From: Octopus sinensis
Taxonomy: Eukaryota
Length of the DNA: 64,000 nt
Direction: 5' to 3'
Assembly (NCBI RefSeq): GCF_006345805.1
Contig: NC_043004.1
Span: 16,492,001 to 16,556,000, forward strand
Below, piece by piece: positions 27,506 to 39,867 of the stretch; position 1 is the stretch's first letter; each line of letters begins with the position of its first letter. The notes under the pieces were generated by a model. It saw only the letters and a program-made list of their open reading frames with translations. It did no database searches and was not told where the DNA came from. Position numbers and translations under genes: made by a program.

Positions 27506-27565
27506 GTGCCCACCATTGCCCAACGTTGCCCAACATTGCCCAGTATTGCCCAACATTGCCCAACT
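27506..27565. repeat. 10-bp minisatellite, about 6 units of TTGCCCAACA
   Basis: GTGCCCACCA TTGCCCAACG TTGCCCAACA TTGCCCAGTA TTGCCCAACA TTGCCCAACT. Confidence 0.9.
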
Positions 27566-28282
27566 GGCTATATTTAAACACTTTAGCAGTATTGTAAATT
27601 ATGTAAATAATTAAAATTTAAAGACAAAACGAGAATTTATTTTTTTCTTTCCTTAAAAGAAATTTAAAGTAATTTAAAAGAAATTTAACGTAACTTACGG
27701 AAATTCATAATTTGATTTCCATTTTGTAATAAACCATTTTTTAACTTACTTGAAATTAAGCTTTGTCTTACTTTTGAAAGTGTTACATTTAATGTTTAAC
27801 AACCGCGTGGAGAAATATCTGTGTGTCCGTAAACATACATACATTTATACTCATAAACTTATATTTATATTTATACTCATTTATACTTATAAACATACAT
27901 ACATTTATACATTCAAAGGGAAAGAACGAGATAGAAGGTGAGTGTATTCGGCGAGAAATCGAGTTACAACAGTAACACAATGCTGCAACTGCATCGCATT
28001 CTGAGATGATGCGCTCTTCATTAATGAGAAACAGATCAATAATAAAATGAATTTTAAAGTGACTGTTAGAAAATAAGCATTCAACTATATTCGGAAATGA
28101 CTGAAGAGAGCAAACTGATTTGGACAGTCCTTGTAAATCCACTACGACATTTCTGAAGGCTATTTTTAATTAAGAGTCCAGGTGAGGATTCATCCATTCG
28201 GGTGATAGATAAATAAAGTACCAATCAAATACTTAATTAATGGTATTCAATACCATTCTCTCGTCAATACTGCTTTTCGTCT

Positions 28283-28496
28283 AAGGCGGCGAGGTGGCAG
28301 AAACTTTAGCACGCTGTACGACATGCTCAACAGTATTTCATCTGTCTTTATGTTCTGAGTTGAAATTCCGCCGAGATCGACTTTGCCTTTCATCCTTTCG
28401 GGGTCGATAAATTACGTACCAGTTACGAACTAGTATCGATCTAATCGACTATCCCCCTCCTTAAGAATTTCGGGCCTTGTGCCTAGAGTAGAAAAG
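28283..28496 (+). mobile_element. SINE family B, full-length copy with 17-bp target-site duplication
   Basis: Flanked by AATACTGCTTTTCGTCT (28266-28282) and AATACTGTGTTTCGTCT (28497-28513). Confidence 0.92.
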
Positions 28497-28938
28497 AATA
28501 CTGTGTTTCGTCTGCTTAATCAGAAACCACTATTGTTCCACTATCTGACTGGTAGTCTACATACTATTCATTAGAGCAGCGTAACTATCAACTTTGTTGT
28601 CCATTATATGTGCAATATTTTCCCAATTCATAAGCTTCTTACAAATAATGAATAACTGAAGCTGTTGTAAATTTCTGAACTGTTTAACAATTTACCTATC
28701 ATGCTTGATGGTTTGCATTAAGGATTTTGATGCAAAGACTTATCCTTTACGTTCATTTTCATCGGATCCCACACTCTTAAAGAAGATATTATAGGATTTA
28801 GCTGGTGAAAGTGGCAAACTTAGTAACGCTAAGAAAGCGTTATGAACTTATAAGATTATTTAGAGTATTAAATACCAAGAAAGAATACGTTCATGTCTCC
28901 TTAAGGTATATTGCAACTGGTATTACAGATCTTGAAAT

Positions 28939-29026
28939 TTAAATACGATCTGAATGTATCCGCTTCTGCAATAAAGCATTCCTTAAATGCTTGACAGCAC
29001 CTTGATTGTTTCTAATCCGATTTAAC
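28939..29026 (-). CDS. Candidate terminal coding exon, paralog B (unknown protein)
   Basis: Acceptor GCACTTTCCAGTTTACAG|G, then xLNRIRNNQGAVKHLRNALLQKRIHSDRI*. 17 of 28 residues match paralog A, five codon differences are synonymous, and there are no indels. Confidence 0.65.
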
Positions 29027-29111
29027 CTGTAAACTGGAAAGTGCGAGTGAGATTTAGAGTGTGCCACAAATGGTTGTAATTTTCATATTTAATGCCACAT
29101 TGATTGCTAAC

Positions 29112-29158
29112 CTTAAGACGATAAGGTTTATGCTCTCAAACTTTTCTCCAATTTCTTC
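29112..29158 (-). CDS. Candidate penultimate exon of paralog B
   Basis: TTTGCAG|GAAGAA..TTAAG|GTTAGC, 47 nt, EEIGEKFESINLIVL(R). It ends in phase 2, matching the terminal exon across an 85-nt intron. Confidence 0.45.
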
Positions 29159-29669
29159 CTGCAAACTATTACAAGGACGTAGATAACAAAAGAGTGTGAA
29201 AAATCAATATCTCAGACTGCTATATATCAAATTTCATAAACTGGAATGAAAATAAATATATAAATTGGTAAGATATGTTTAAGTTTAACTAAGCAGAAAG
29301 TATATTATGAAGAATAATTATGTATGTGTGTGTGCGCGCGCGTGTGAGTATGTGTGCGTGTGTGTGTATGTATGTTTGTATGTATGTACACTTGTGAGTA
29401 AATTTACTTATGTTTTTCCATTATTTGAAATCTTCTTTCGAAGGGAGAAGCTGGTCTCTATCAAAGATGCAAAGCCACATCGATGGAATGTAGATAACAA
29501 AAACAAAATACTCATTTTAAACTTACAAAACGTCTTGCACTTTCCCTTAACAGGCTATATCTGTACTGTACGAATTAGTTTATTTCTTTTTCTGAAAACC
29601 CTAGCTTATCCACGTTGTCAATTAGACCACCACAAAATCAAATGCACCAATTCTATGTAAGAGTAGGCG

Positions 29670-29905
29670 TGTGTATATATATATATGTATATATATGTAT
29701 GTATGTATGGATGGATGGATGGATGGATGGATGGATGGGTGGATGGATGTACATATATATATATATATAGGTATGTATGTATGTATGTATGGATGGATGG
29801 ATGGATGTACATATATATATAGGTATGTATGTATGGATGGATGGATGAATGTACATATATATATCTATATTGTGTATATATATATATAAATATATATATA
29901 AATAA

Positions 29906-29956
<51 letters not shown>

Positions 29957-29965
29957 ATATATATA
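29670..29965. repeat. Compound microsatellite (TA)n, (TATG)n, (GGAT)n
   Basis: Directly visible. Confidence 0.95.
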
Positions 29966-30130
29966 TAGGCGTAGAAGTGACTGTGGGGTAAGTAGATTGC
30001 TTACCAACCAGATGGCTCCGGGTCTAGTCCCACTGCGTGGCACCTTGGGCATGTGTCATCTACTATAGCCTCAGGCTGATCAAAGCCTTGTAAGTGGGTT
30101 TGTTAGCGAGAGACCGATAGAAGACCGTCG
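29966..30130 (+). mobile_element. SINE family A 5' half
   Basis: TAGGCGTAGAAGTGACTGTGGGG..CCCACTGCGTGGCACCTTGGGC, truncated after the internal microsatellite. Confidence 0.85.
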
Positions 30131-32534
30131 TATATATGTATATATATATGTGTGTGTGTGTGTAAAAGGTCAGCTTATGTGAAAGATAAAGAAAAGAAAA
30201 TATATAGTTGGAAGTTTATTACTTCCATATTACTTGAGGTCTGATGCCTACTGTTTTTTTTTATCTATTTTACTTTGAGGCGTTGAATTGTTAATGATTT
30301 AGGATGATGAAATTTGACATATAATTTGTGTAAGAATACTTGGGGTATTTTTGACACACTCGGTAACAATAACCTGTTGCTTTATACGTTTATATTATGT
30401 GTGTTTATATTTTGTGCTTATATTTTGTGTGTATTTATAATTCTTATCATGTTTGGTCCGGCCTTATATGTTTTATTCATGTTTTCCTCGGAGATACAAT
30501 TTGACGTTTATTATTCCAGTTTCTTTCTGTTCAGTCGAATATACTGCATCCCTTGTGAATGAAATTCATAATTAAAGAAATATGTGACGTAGAGTTAGTT
30601 CTTGCCAAGTCAACTCATACAGTTTACCCCGTTGATATTATGGAGGAAATTATGTGCGTCACAAACTTTTAGCATTATCACATAAAAATGTATTACCAAC
30701 AGCAAGAAAATTATTTTCTATTTGATTCCTGGGCCATGAAAGCTTACACACAACACACTCACAGCACATGCGCACAGATATACATCAGTATAATATATAA
30801 TACATATGTGTATGGGAATAGTCAGGACACATTGCTTGTATGGACATTGGAAATGTTGACTTTCAGTTAAATATTAGTGTCCCTACAGATTTAGGCGGTC
30901 TTAATATCTTATTAAATAGTACATATTTTTCTTTTATGCAATATTCTTGATTGTTGCCTTCTGGCATAAAGATTTGAAAAGCCTGACGATATAGCTTACT
31001 TTCTATTGTCATGGTATTCGAACAATCGTCCATTATAGAGGCACATATCTTTACATTTATTGTGAAAGCGAAATGGTATTATGTGACATTCATACTTTTA
31101 TGAAATTCCGAGAAAATAATATATCTTTGACACTAAGTAGATATAAAATATTACGTATTTGGTGCAGGGAATCAAATTCTGAGAAGCTTTATTAGTTTTC
31201 CAGACACTTGCTTGTCGAGCACTGGAGTTGTACAGGGCTTACATATTTCTCTTTGCTATCTGTTATAAACCAGTGCATACTAACGCCACAGAGAGCAACG
31301 ATATCAATGTTGCAGCAATATCTATTCTTTGAAGTGTGGCAATGTTGATATTGCAAGTATTATATTTCAAGAGAGATTATTAATAAATTACAACACAAAA
31401 ATAGGTAAACGCAAAAACACACACACACACATATATAAATACATATATTTGTGTGTGTGAGTGACTATGTCAATTTATATGCTACACATACATACATACA
31501 TACGCATATGTGCTTCGTGTGCACGTGATTAAAAATGGATGGTTAACCATATTTACTTCAAATTATAAACACCTGTGTCCTTCCGTATCTTTCCATCTCT
31601 ATCGTTGCTATTTATCCCTCTCCTTTCATACTGTCTTTCTCTGTCTCCTTCAGGTTTTCCTATCTCTCACTCTCTCTCTCTCTCACTCACTCTCTCCCTC
31701 TCTTTGTCTCTTACTCTCTCTCTAGTTCTCTCTGCCTCAGTCTTTCTCTTTCTTACGTTCTCTCTTTACCTCTCTCTCTCACTCTCACCCTCTCGCTTCT
31801 AGAACTTATCAATAAGAAGCATTAGCTTGAATTTCGACATACGTTGCCCTTTCGATACATTAAGCTTCATAAACCTACAGAATACACCGAGAATAGAATT
31901 CGGACCAGTCCGTCTGTCAATACTAATCTCCGAAGGACATATAGAAAAGCTAAACAGCTAATCAATGCTTTACACAGTCGCAGCACTTCTTCAAATGTAC
32001 GGTTTTTTCTGACATACTTTTCTCATATATGCACTTAACTTTGACACCAAAGTACTAATAATTAAATTACAACTCGATAACTGTCACTCATAAGTAAAAG
32101 TTATAACCACGCAAAGCATTTTTTTAATATAATGTATACACTAAATGCATAAAATATGTGAATATTCTGATATATCTATGGTTTCTTTAATAATTCATTT
32201 AACTCCTTGGCAGTTATTCCATTTTATTGAATGGACATTTGCCTCATGGTTTTCAATCGAAACTACCCAGGGCGATCACAATGAAGTCTCATTCTACTCA
32301 CTAAATATCAGAGATTGCAGAATTAGAAATACAGTTAATCCAGCAAATTTGAGGTCATATTAATTTTTTTCTTCATATTTCGATTGAAGTAGTTGTTAAA
32401 AATAAGCAGAAATGATGCTAGTCTCTCGTAGTCCGCGTAAGACTGTTCTACAATTACTTGCTGAACAGCTTGTACAAATGAGTTACAAATAGTGATCAAA
32501 TGTTTGTGCTGTATATTAGTGCACTCTCTCCATC

Positions 32535-32650
32535 AAATCAACGTTGCCTGACCAGATGTACGATGTACAGTATGTCAGATGCGGAAGTGATCGCGGAGCA
32601 ATGTGAGATGAAGTGTTTTGTCAAAGAACACAAAGCACAAGCCAGCAATA
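32535..32650 (-). mobile_element. SINE family C fragment
   Basis: GGAGCAATGTGAGATGAAGTGTTTTG..AAGAACACAA resembles the reverse complement of the CORE-like segment. Confidence 0.6.
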
Positions 32651-34719
32651 GAAGCTATGATGTTGCTTAAAGGTCGCTCGTCACATAAGCAGGAATACGA
32701 ATTGAATAGGCCACCACTGTGTGTGGAGTTTTAAACCAAATTTTATCAATTGAACTCGCAAGCTATACTAATAACAACAACAACATATAATGGAAATTAT
32801 AACATGTAGAAGTTCATGAATTTATCCAACAAATACCAAGTTAAAAGAATATGAATATAGAAGCGTTCTAGCGTACAGTAAAGCATAAATATGAAGAACG
32901 CATAAAGTTCTGTCATCATAACGTCGAATATGTTAAGACAAAATATATTGTTTGAAAGTAGTGGCTCTGAAAGAAAGTTAAAAGCAATTTACAGAGAGAG
33001 ATATATGAAATATTTCACTTAACCTTGTGTTGCAGCTAAAACGCTTTTCTAAGCATATAAGATAAGACATGCAGGATTTTAAATAATATTTTAAAGTACC
33101 AGAAGAGATACGGGTAGCTTTTTTCCTTGAGGTACTGCCGATCCTGCCAGCTTGCCGGCGAATTCAAATGTTCGATCGGCTCTCGACCAATTCTCCAATA
33201 AAACACGCTTGCATATTACAGGATATTCGGTACATAGAATAGTCATATCATATTGAATGCCACGTTTTCTTTCTCTTTTGCACAGTACATTGCAAGGATA
33301 TTGCTGGAAAATGCAATATAGCGACTTGTACTTTTCATTCATATTATCTTACACGATATGGAAAGTGTTTATAATAGGGGTATTTTTGTACTATAAATAA
33401 AATAGATTTCATGTTCTATTTGAGCTTTCTGATTTTGTCAGTTATCACTTTGTACCAGTTCTTTATGGACAAAGCTTGTAGGTTACCGCACATAACGAGA
33501 CTTCTCTTTCCATCTCCTAGTGTTCTTTGAAATGTTGATTTTATTGTTTAATTTTTCTCCTCACATTTTCTTCGTTCTTCTGTAATCATTTCGGCTTTAG
33601 CGTCTACAGAACATAGGTTATCATTTTTCATTTGCTTTCATACAGATCGCTTTTACGTTTGCTTGTGTCTAAGAATATCTGTAGACACACTGTAATTATA
33701 TAATAATGTAATCATAATTCTTAAAAATGTATTTGATGTCCTTTTTCCTCATTGATAATTCTCCCGCACCAGCCTAAGGAATGAGATACTCAAGGAGATC
33801 TACCTTGACTTCCCAATCTAGACTCTTCGTTTCATATAGTCGCTAATTAATTTTATAGATATAGTTTCCACACGGAAAGGTTTATGTAATTTTAAGTGTC
33901 TGTAATTTTATTTCTGGTTGTGAGATGCATTTTCTCCTTTATTTCTGTGCAGGTTTACATTGTAACTTAACAGATTCAATCAATCATAAATCATTGTGTA
34001 GGTGAACGGATCGGTTCTAATTCATTAAGTCAACATCTAATTAAGTCAGTTCTTTTATACTTGCTTTCTTCTGTATCGTTTTGCTAGCACTACTGAATAC
34101 ATGTAAAAATAAATAGTTTCTCCTGCTGGGATTTGTCTCTTTAACATTTATACTATCCACAATAGTAACTAGTGTAGAATTTGTGCATAGACTCAGTATT
34201 TTGATTTAACAGCTTCGTTAACGAAGTCAGAACTATACAGCAACATAGTAAAGATAAGCAGTCTGCCGTATAGTTCTTTTATGGGATAGGTTGGGTTATT
34301 ATTATATTCTCTTTATCTTGCCGTGTTATCGGCGCTTTCTATTACGGCATGGCGTCATTAATATACTGCATCAATGCTGGAGTTGCATTGTTATATGTAC
34401 GGTTTCTCCAATACCCAGCAATGTATTATGCTGTGAAATGTGTTTTTATAATCAATCCATGACATGTTCAGATTGTGGGTTTTCTATTTTTAGCTGCCTT
34501 AAACAACTGCTCGCATTAGAATTATAGCTGTTTCTCGAGATATTATATCCTTCTAAATATATAAAACATTTGGATTAACAAACTAACTTGTGTCATATTT
34601 GTGGCTTTCTCGAGTAATTAAATTAAATAACTGTACGGAAATAATCAAATTTTGACATTTCTGACAAGGAATGTGTTTATATATACACACAGTCTAAATA
34701 TATATTACACATGCACACA

Positions 34720-34759
34720 TACACTCGCAGCGCACACAAACATATATATATATATACAT

Positions 34760-34842
<83 letters not shown>

Positions 34843-34904
34843 CACACACACACATATACATACACATAGTTATATACAAACATACATGTATACTATAATA
34901 TACG

Positions 34905-34942
<38 letters not shown>

Positions 34943-35010
34943 CATACATACATACATATACGTACACACGCACATACATATATGTGTTGTGTGTGTGTGT
35001 CTGTGTGTGT
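34720..35010. repeat. Compound (TA)n/(CA)n/(TG)n microsatellite
   Basis: Directly visible. Confidence 0.95.
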
Positions 35011-35544
35011 ATTTTTAACCGTTAAGTATTACATATATAATCAGATACCTCTTCTTGACATCATCTTTGCTTGTCTAGTAAAGAGTTATCTTCCGGGTGA
35101 GCAATTATTCTGCTACAGAGTGTACGTGTAGATTTTTGTATATATTTTAGTTGAAACGCTTTATAACTGCTGTAATCCTTGTGTTTATATATTTTGTAAA
35201 TACATATTTTCTTCTCAACCAGCAATCGGCTCTGTATTCTAATAATGCGGTTATCTTTCTTTTTTGTTCTCATATATAACTATCTGATTACGTGACATCA
35301 ATAATGAAGGGAAATTGTAGTGTTTAATATATAAATAAGTTACAAAATAAGTTATGTAATAATCACGCATACAAACATTCACATACGTCCCTTGTACACG
35401 CACACAGAGTTGAAACGCTGATTATTTTTCACCTTTTCCTTTCTCTCATTGCTGTTACTTTCTCTCACTCCCTCTCATTCAGGGCTATTACTCTCACTAC
35501 TTCTCCTTCACTGAATTACTATTTTATTTTCTCTTCCGTGTCCG

Positions 35545-35893
35545 GCGTGGTTCGTCTTTAGTCGAAAGACACGTGTTGTTATGTCCTGTTATTATTTTTA
35601 TTGTTTTTGTGTAACATTGTCCGTTTTTATCCGTCCTTGTTTTTGTATATATTCGCTGCTTTCTTCCAAGGAGTCTAATGCTATTAGCTTAATTTTTTCC
35701 TTGGGGCTTGCCAGATTGGGGCAATCTCGAGTATAATCAGCAGAAATTGCGAAGATAATGTGGTACTCGACTGAGGAAAGAAAACATCGAATGACTCGTC
35801 CTTGTTTTCTTTGTATCGTCTATCTGGATCTTTTGTTGTCCCATTTTTGTATAGCCTAACTATCCGGATGCTTTGCCTTCTTGCCCAATTTTG

Positions 35894-35978
<85 letters not shown>
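35545..35978 (+). repeat. Unclassified interspersed repeat ending in about (TA)40
   Basis: GC-richer block ending at a pure TA tract. I recall it as a recurrent Octopus repeat but it is single-copy in this window. Confidence 0.4.
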
Positions 35979-35981
<3 letters not shown>

Positions 35982-36129
35982 ACCACGCTCATTATATATT
36001 AGGATATGTTCATTTATTTAACCGTTCTTTCATTTCCAGCATATTCCCCTTTTTATAATATTGAGTTACTTCAATATTTTGAGGCATTTTTTAAATCATC
36101 AATATAGTTTCCCCTTTTTATTTCGCTCC

Positions 36130-36860
36130 ACTGAGCTGGAAGGATCGTGAACGCGTCGAAAAATGCTTTGTGGCATTTTTCTGTGTCCTATTGTTCTCCG
36201 TGGAAACTCTGCCGAGTTCAATTATGACTTTAGTCCTCTTGAGGTAGAAAAGATAGAAAGCCATTCAAAATGTTGGGTTGATTAAAATCGGCAAATCTTT
36301 TTCTCAGAATAGCTAACCTCGAACCAAACCAAAAACCGTTAGAGCGACTGACGAGCCATATTGCCTTTTGATCCCTTCGATAAAATATGCGCCAGTGCTG
36401 TACTGGGATAGACTAACCCGTCACTCCTCAAAAACATTAGGCTCGTGTCAATATTGGAATACATTTAGCACGCCGAGCAAAAAGCTTAGCGGCATTTCGT
36501 TCATCTTTACGTTCTGAGTTCAAATTCCGCCGAGGGCGACTTTGCCTTTCATCATTTTGGAGTCGTTGCAGTAAACCGGTCGAACACTGAGATCGATTTA
36601 ATTGAGTCCCATCACCAACCACCCAAAACTTGCTGTCTTTGTACCAAAATTTGAAACCAACATTAGAAAGCATTATTATTGTGGTTGGATCGTCAGTACG
36701 CCAGACAGAACTCTTAGCAGCATTTCCTCCTGCCTCTGACGTTAGCCGAATCGATGAAATAAATATCAGTTACGAACTAGAGGCGGGAAGAAATGTTGTC
36801 GACTGGCTACTTCACCTGAATATTTCAGGCATTGTGCCTATAGTAGAAAGGGTTATTATT
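36130..36860 (+). mobile_element. Cluster of about four head-to-tail SINE family B copies or fragments
   Basis: Family B motifs recur at about 36130, 36360, 36460 and 36680, with varying divergence. Confidence 0.75.
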
Positions 36861-38614
36861 GCCTCCGCCTTCGCGGTGAATGTCATGCTGGTAAGTCAGA
36901 TGACTATATTTTGCGATGACAAAGATGCTCGTATGAGTAGCAGCAACACCATTCCAGGTGTAGAGCAAGTACATCTCCTTTGTGGGTCATACCTAGATTT
37001 TGTAAACTGCTATTAGTTATTGGGTGATGCAGTATTTACAGTTCCTGAAATAAGGCCAATTCCTGTAATACAGCCTTTTCCATGTTGATGATGAATGATC
37101 GCCAAGAAAGTTTCTCAGTGATCGTGAAATGTAGCATTTTATAACTGCCTGGAGCGTTATGACAGAGTGATGCTCAGTTTAGGGTCAGGGTGCGATATCA
37201 CTATTTCGGGATTTTTACTTCTTGTGTCCATGCTGCAGTCAAAGACAAAATTATTATAACTTCGTTAGTAAATATTCCTATGGTCAATTTCAATAGAATA
37301 AGTGTAGATTTCGCTCAAGGTATTTTGGCTTACTTTTTCTGATGCTTGAGCATAGAGGCTACGAATGAATGATGAACAATTTGTTCGGCCTAAAGTGGGC
37401 ACTGTTTGATGTGATGGAATATATGCTCAGAGGACAAATTAGAATCTCTAGTTGTACCAAAATTGATAGTTGATATAGTAAGGGAAAAGTGAGGGGTTTA
37501 CCAACACAATACGCCATGGACAAGAGGCTCAAGAAATATGAATTAAATTAAGTCAATCAGAAGGAGTCTTGCAACCTGATACGAACGATATTCTGCAAAT
37601 CACAAGTGTATCAATAATATTGCACTGAATTTCTCAGATGTAAGACCAGGCATTTAGTGTATTTGATATCAAAAAATCATATTGGATATCATTAAGAAGT
37701 GCATGATGGGATACGATGGCTTTGAAGGTTGACTGTGTCCAGCACTTTAAGATACATTTGTTGTCGGAAATCAATCTTGTTTCCACTCGAGTTTGTTTAT
37801 TGCTTGTTACAGTCTTCTAGTCACAGACACACGAACACCAGATAAGTGATCTGCATGTGATTATGACGGTGTCGGGTATGTAGTTATTGTTGACGGAAAT
37901 TAGAATCTTTGTCTATTCTAGATGCTTTTCACTTGCATGCAGTTTCTACGGTTTTACTTCATTCCTATTCAATTTATGCTGGAACGTGATTGCAGCGTTA
38001 AAGCATATTTTTCGTAACTTTCCGTTTTAATGCATTGTGCACTTTGATTCTGCTAATGTTTTTTTCTTCTCATGTGATTGGACTTCTTTTGATATTGATG
38101 TGACATCTTGAGATATGCTTTTTGCGAAATCTTTTTAACATTATATGGTATTTTATTTCAGAATATCTTAATGTCATGAAAAAAGCCTTCTGCTATTTTA
38201 AAGCTTCTTAATCATGAAATTGGTTGTATTTTTTTTATTTGATCTCAATATATTTTTCTGTATTTCGTTCTCCTCTTTTTCACAACACACATTTCTCTCT
38301 CTTTTGTTAAATAAAAATTCGTATTTTTTTGTCAATTTTTATAATATTTTCTTTCTACTGAGTTTTTGTTTTTCATTAAGACGGGCTTTGTCAAGATCAA
38401 ATAATATTCCTCTCGATACGACAATTTCTTCGAAGTAGTTTAAATTATTTAACTGGTCGATATTTTGAGAAAATGTTCCTTGGAATTTCATATTGCATTT
38501 CGCTATTGTTTATAAGTTTTTAATCAGCAGAAAATTACAAAGTGACTCAAGGGCCGACAGGTTTGTGCAATGCACGTAAGAGCAGCGCACAAAACTCTCA
38601 GTCCTTAAGACACT

Positions 38615-38780
38615 TTGCGATTGAAAACAATTGGTTTAAATCCAGCAGTCTTAGGGGATAGGGCCAATTACATTGATTACTGGCGTCAATGAAATCGAAC
38701 CTTGTATTTAACTGGCTTTCTATGTAATCGATCTTGAACGAATGAAAAGCAAAGTTGACCTAAGCAGTACTTGAACTCAA
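38615..38780 (-). mobile_element. SINE family B fragment (diverged)
   Basis: AATCGATCTTGAACGAATGAAAAGCAAAGTTGACC matches the reverse complement of the core. Confidence 0.7.
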
Positions 38781-38999
38781 TCAAAATATATTTATACACT
38801 TATGTATTTAGTTCTACTTACTTTGTTTGTACTGTGAAATCTATTGTATTTAGTATTTCTGCATTTTTTTCTTTTTAACACTGAAAGTTTTCATTTATTC
38901 TTACCTCAGTAGAACTTTTGATTTGAATGGTATATTTCCATCCTTGATTGGTAGATTTTAATCATTGTGAACTCACAGTAATATATTGTTTTAGTGTAA

Positions 39000-39232
39000 A
39001 AGCAGCGAGTTGGCAGAATCGCTAAGTGCCCCGGGTAAAATGCTTAGCGGCATTTCGTACGTCTTTACGTCGTGAGTTCAAATTCCGCCAAGCTCACATT
39101 CCGCTGAGACTCACTTTGCTTTTCTTCCTTTCGGGATCGATAAAACAGTTACCACTTGAGCACTGGTGTTGATGTAATCGTCTTAGCATCTCCATTGAAA
39201 CTGCGTGCATTCTGCCCAGATTCAAAATCAAT
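39000..39232 (+). mobile_element. SINE family B copy
   Basis: GCAGCGAGTTGGCAGAATCG..GAGTTCAAATTCCGCC..CCTTTCGGGATCGATAAAAC. Confidence 0.88.
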
Positions 39233-39807
39233 ATATCCTTTTATCGTGATGAAAATCTTTTAGTATTCGTGTAGGTATATTTTTGATAGACTGAATATTT
39301 GGTCGGTTATTAACGCCAGGAATACGTGAGGTCTAACCCCACACAAATATGTTGTCTCTCAAGTGTTTTATTTTTTGTTTTGCTGTCATGTTTTCTTTTT
39401 CCTGTGTACATTAGCTGTTATTGCAAAACGTTTATAGTGCCTTCAGTGCGTATTCGCTGTATATGCAATCGTTTATTTTCTGTTGTTCTCTTTCCATTTT
39501 GAAGGCGAACATAAGGTGATGTGAATGGGATTCTGCTATGATTCTCTTCTTTGTTGGTCGAAGCTTTATCATTTTTTGTTGAAGAATTTATTCCCTTATC
39601 TTCCATATTATTCACAAGCATAATTTTCATGGTCTTTCATTGTTGTTTATTACAATTTTCTGTACATTTCAACTTAATTTTTGCTTTAAATCTTCAATTG
39701 GCTCTATACAGCTTGTATCTGTCAATTATAGCAATATATATACATATATATATATATACATACATATGTACATACATATATATATATATACATATATATA
39801 TACACTC

Positions 39808-39867
<60 letters not shown>

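Noticed and set aside
27506-27565. Short repeat arrays as CRISPR-like
   Set aside because: Units are adjacent with no unique spacers, there are no cas genes, and the context is eukaryotic.
37010-37900. Possible old LINE RT on the minus strand (FDIKYTKCLVLHL)
   Set aside because: One weak motif only; I could not chain further RT motifs.
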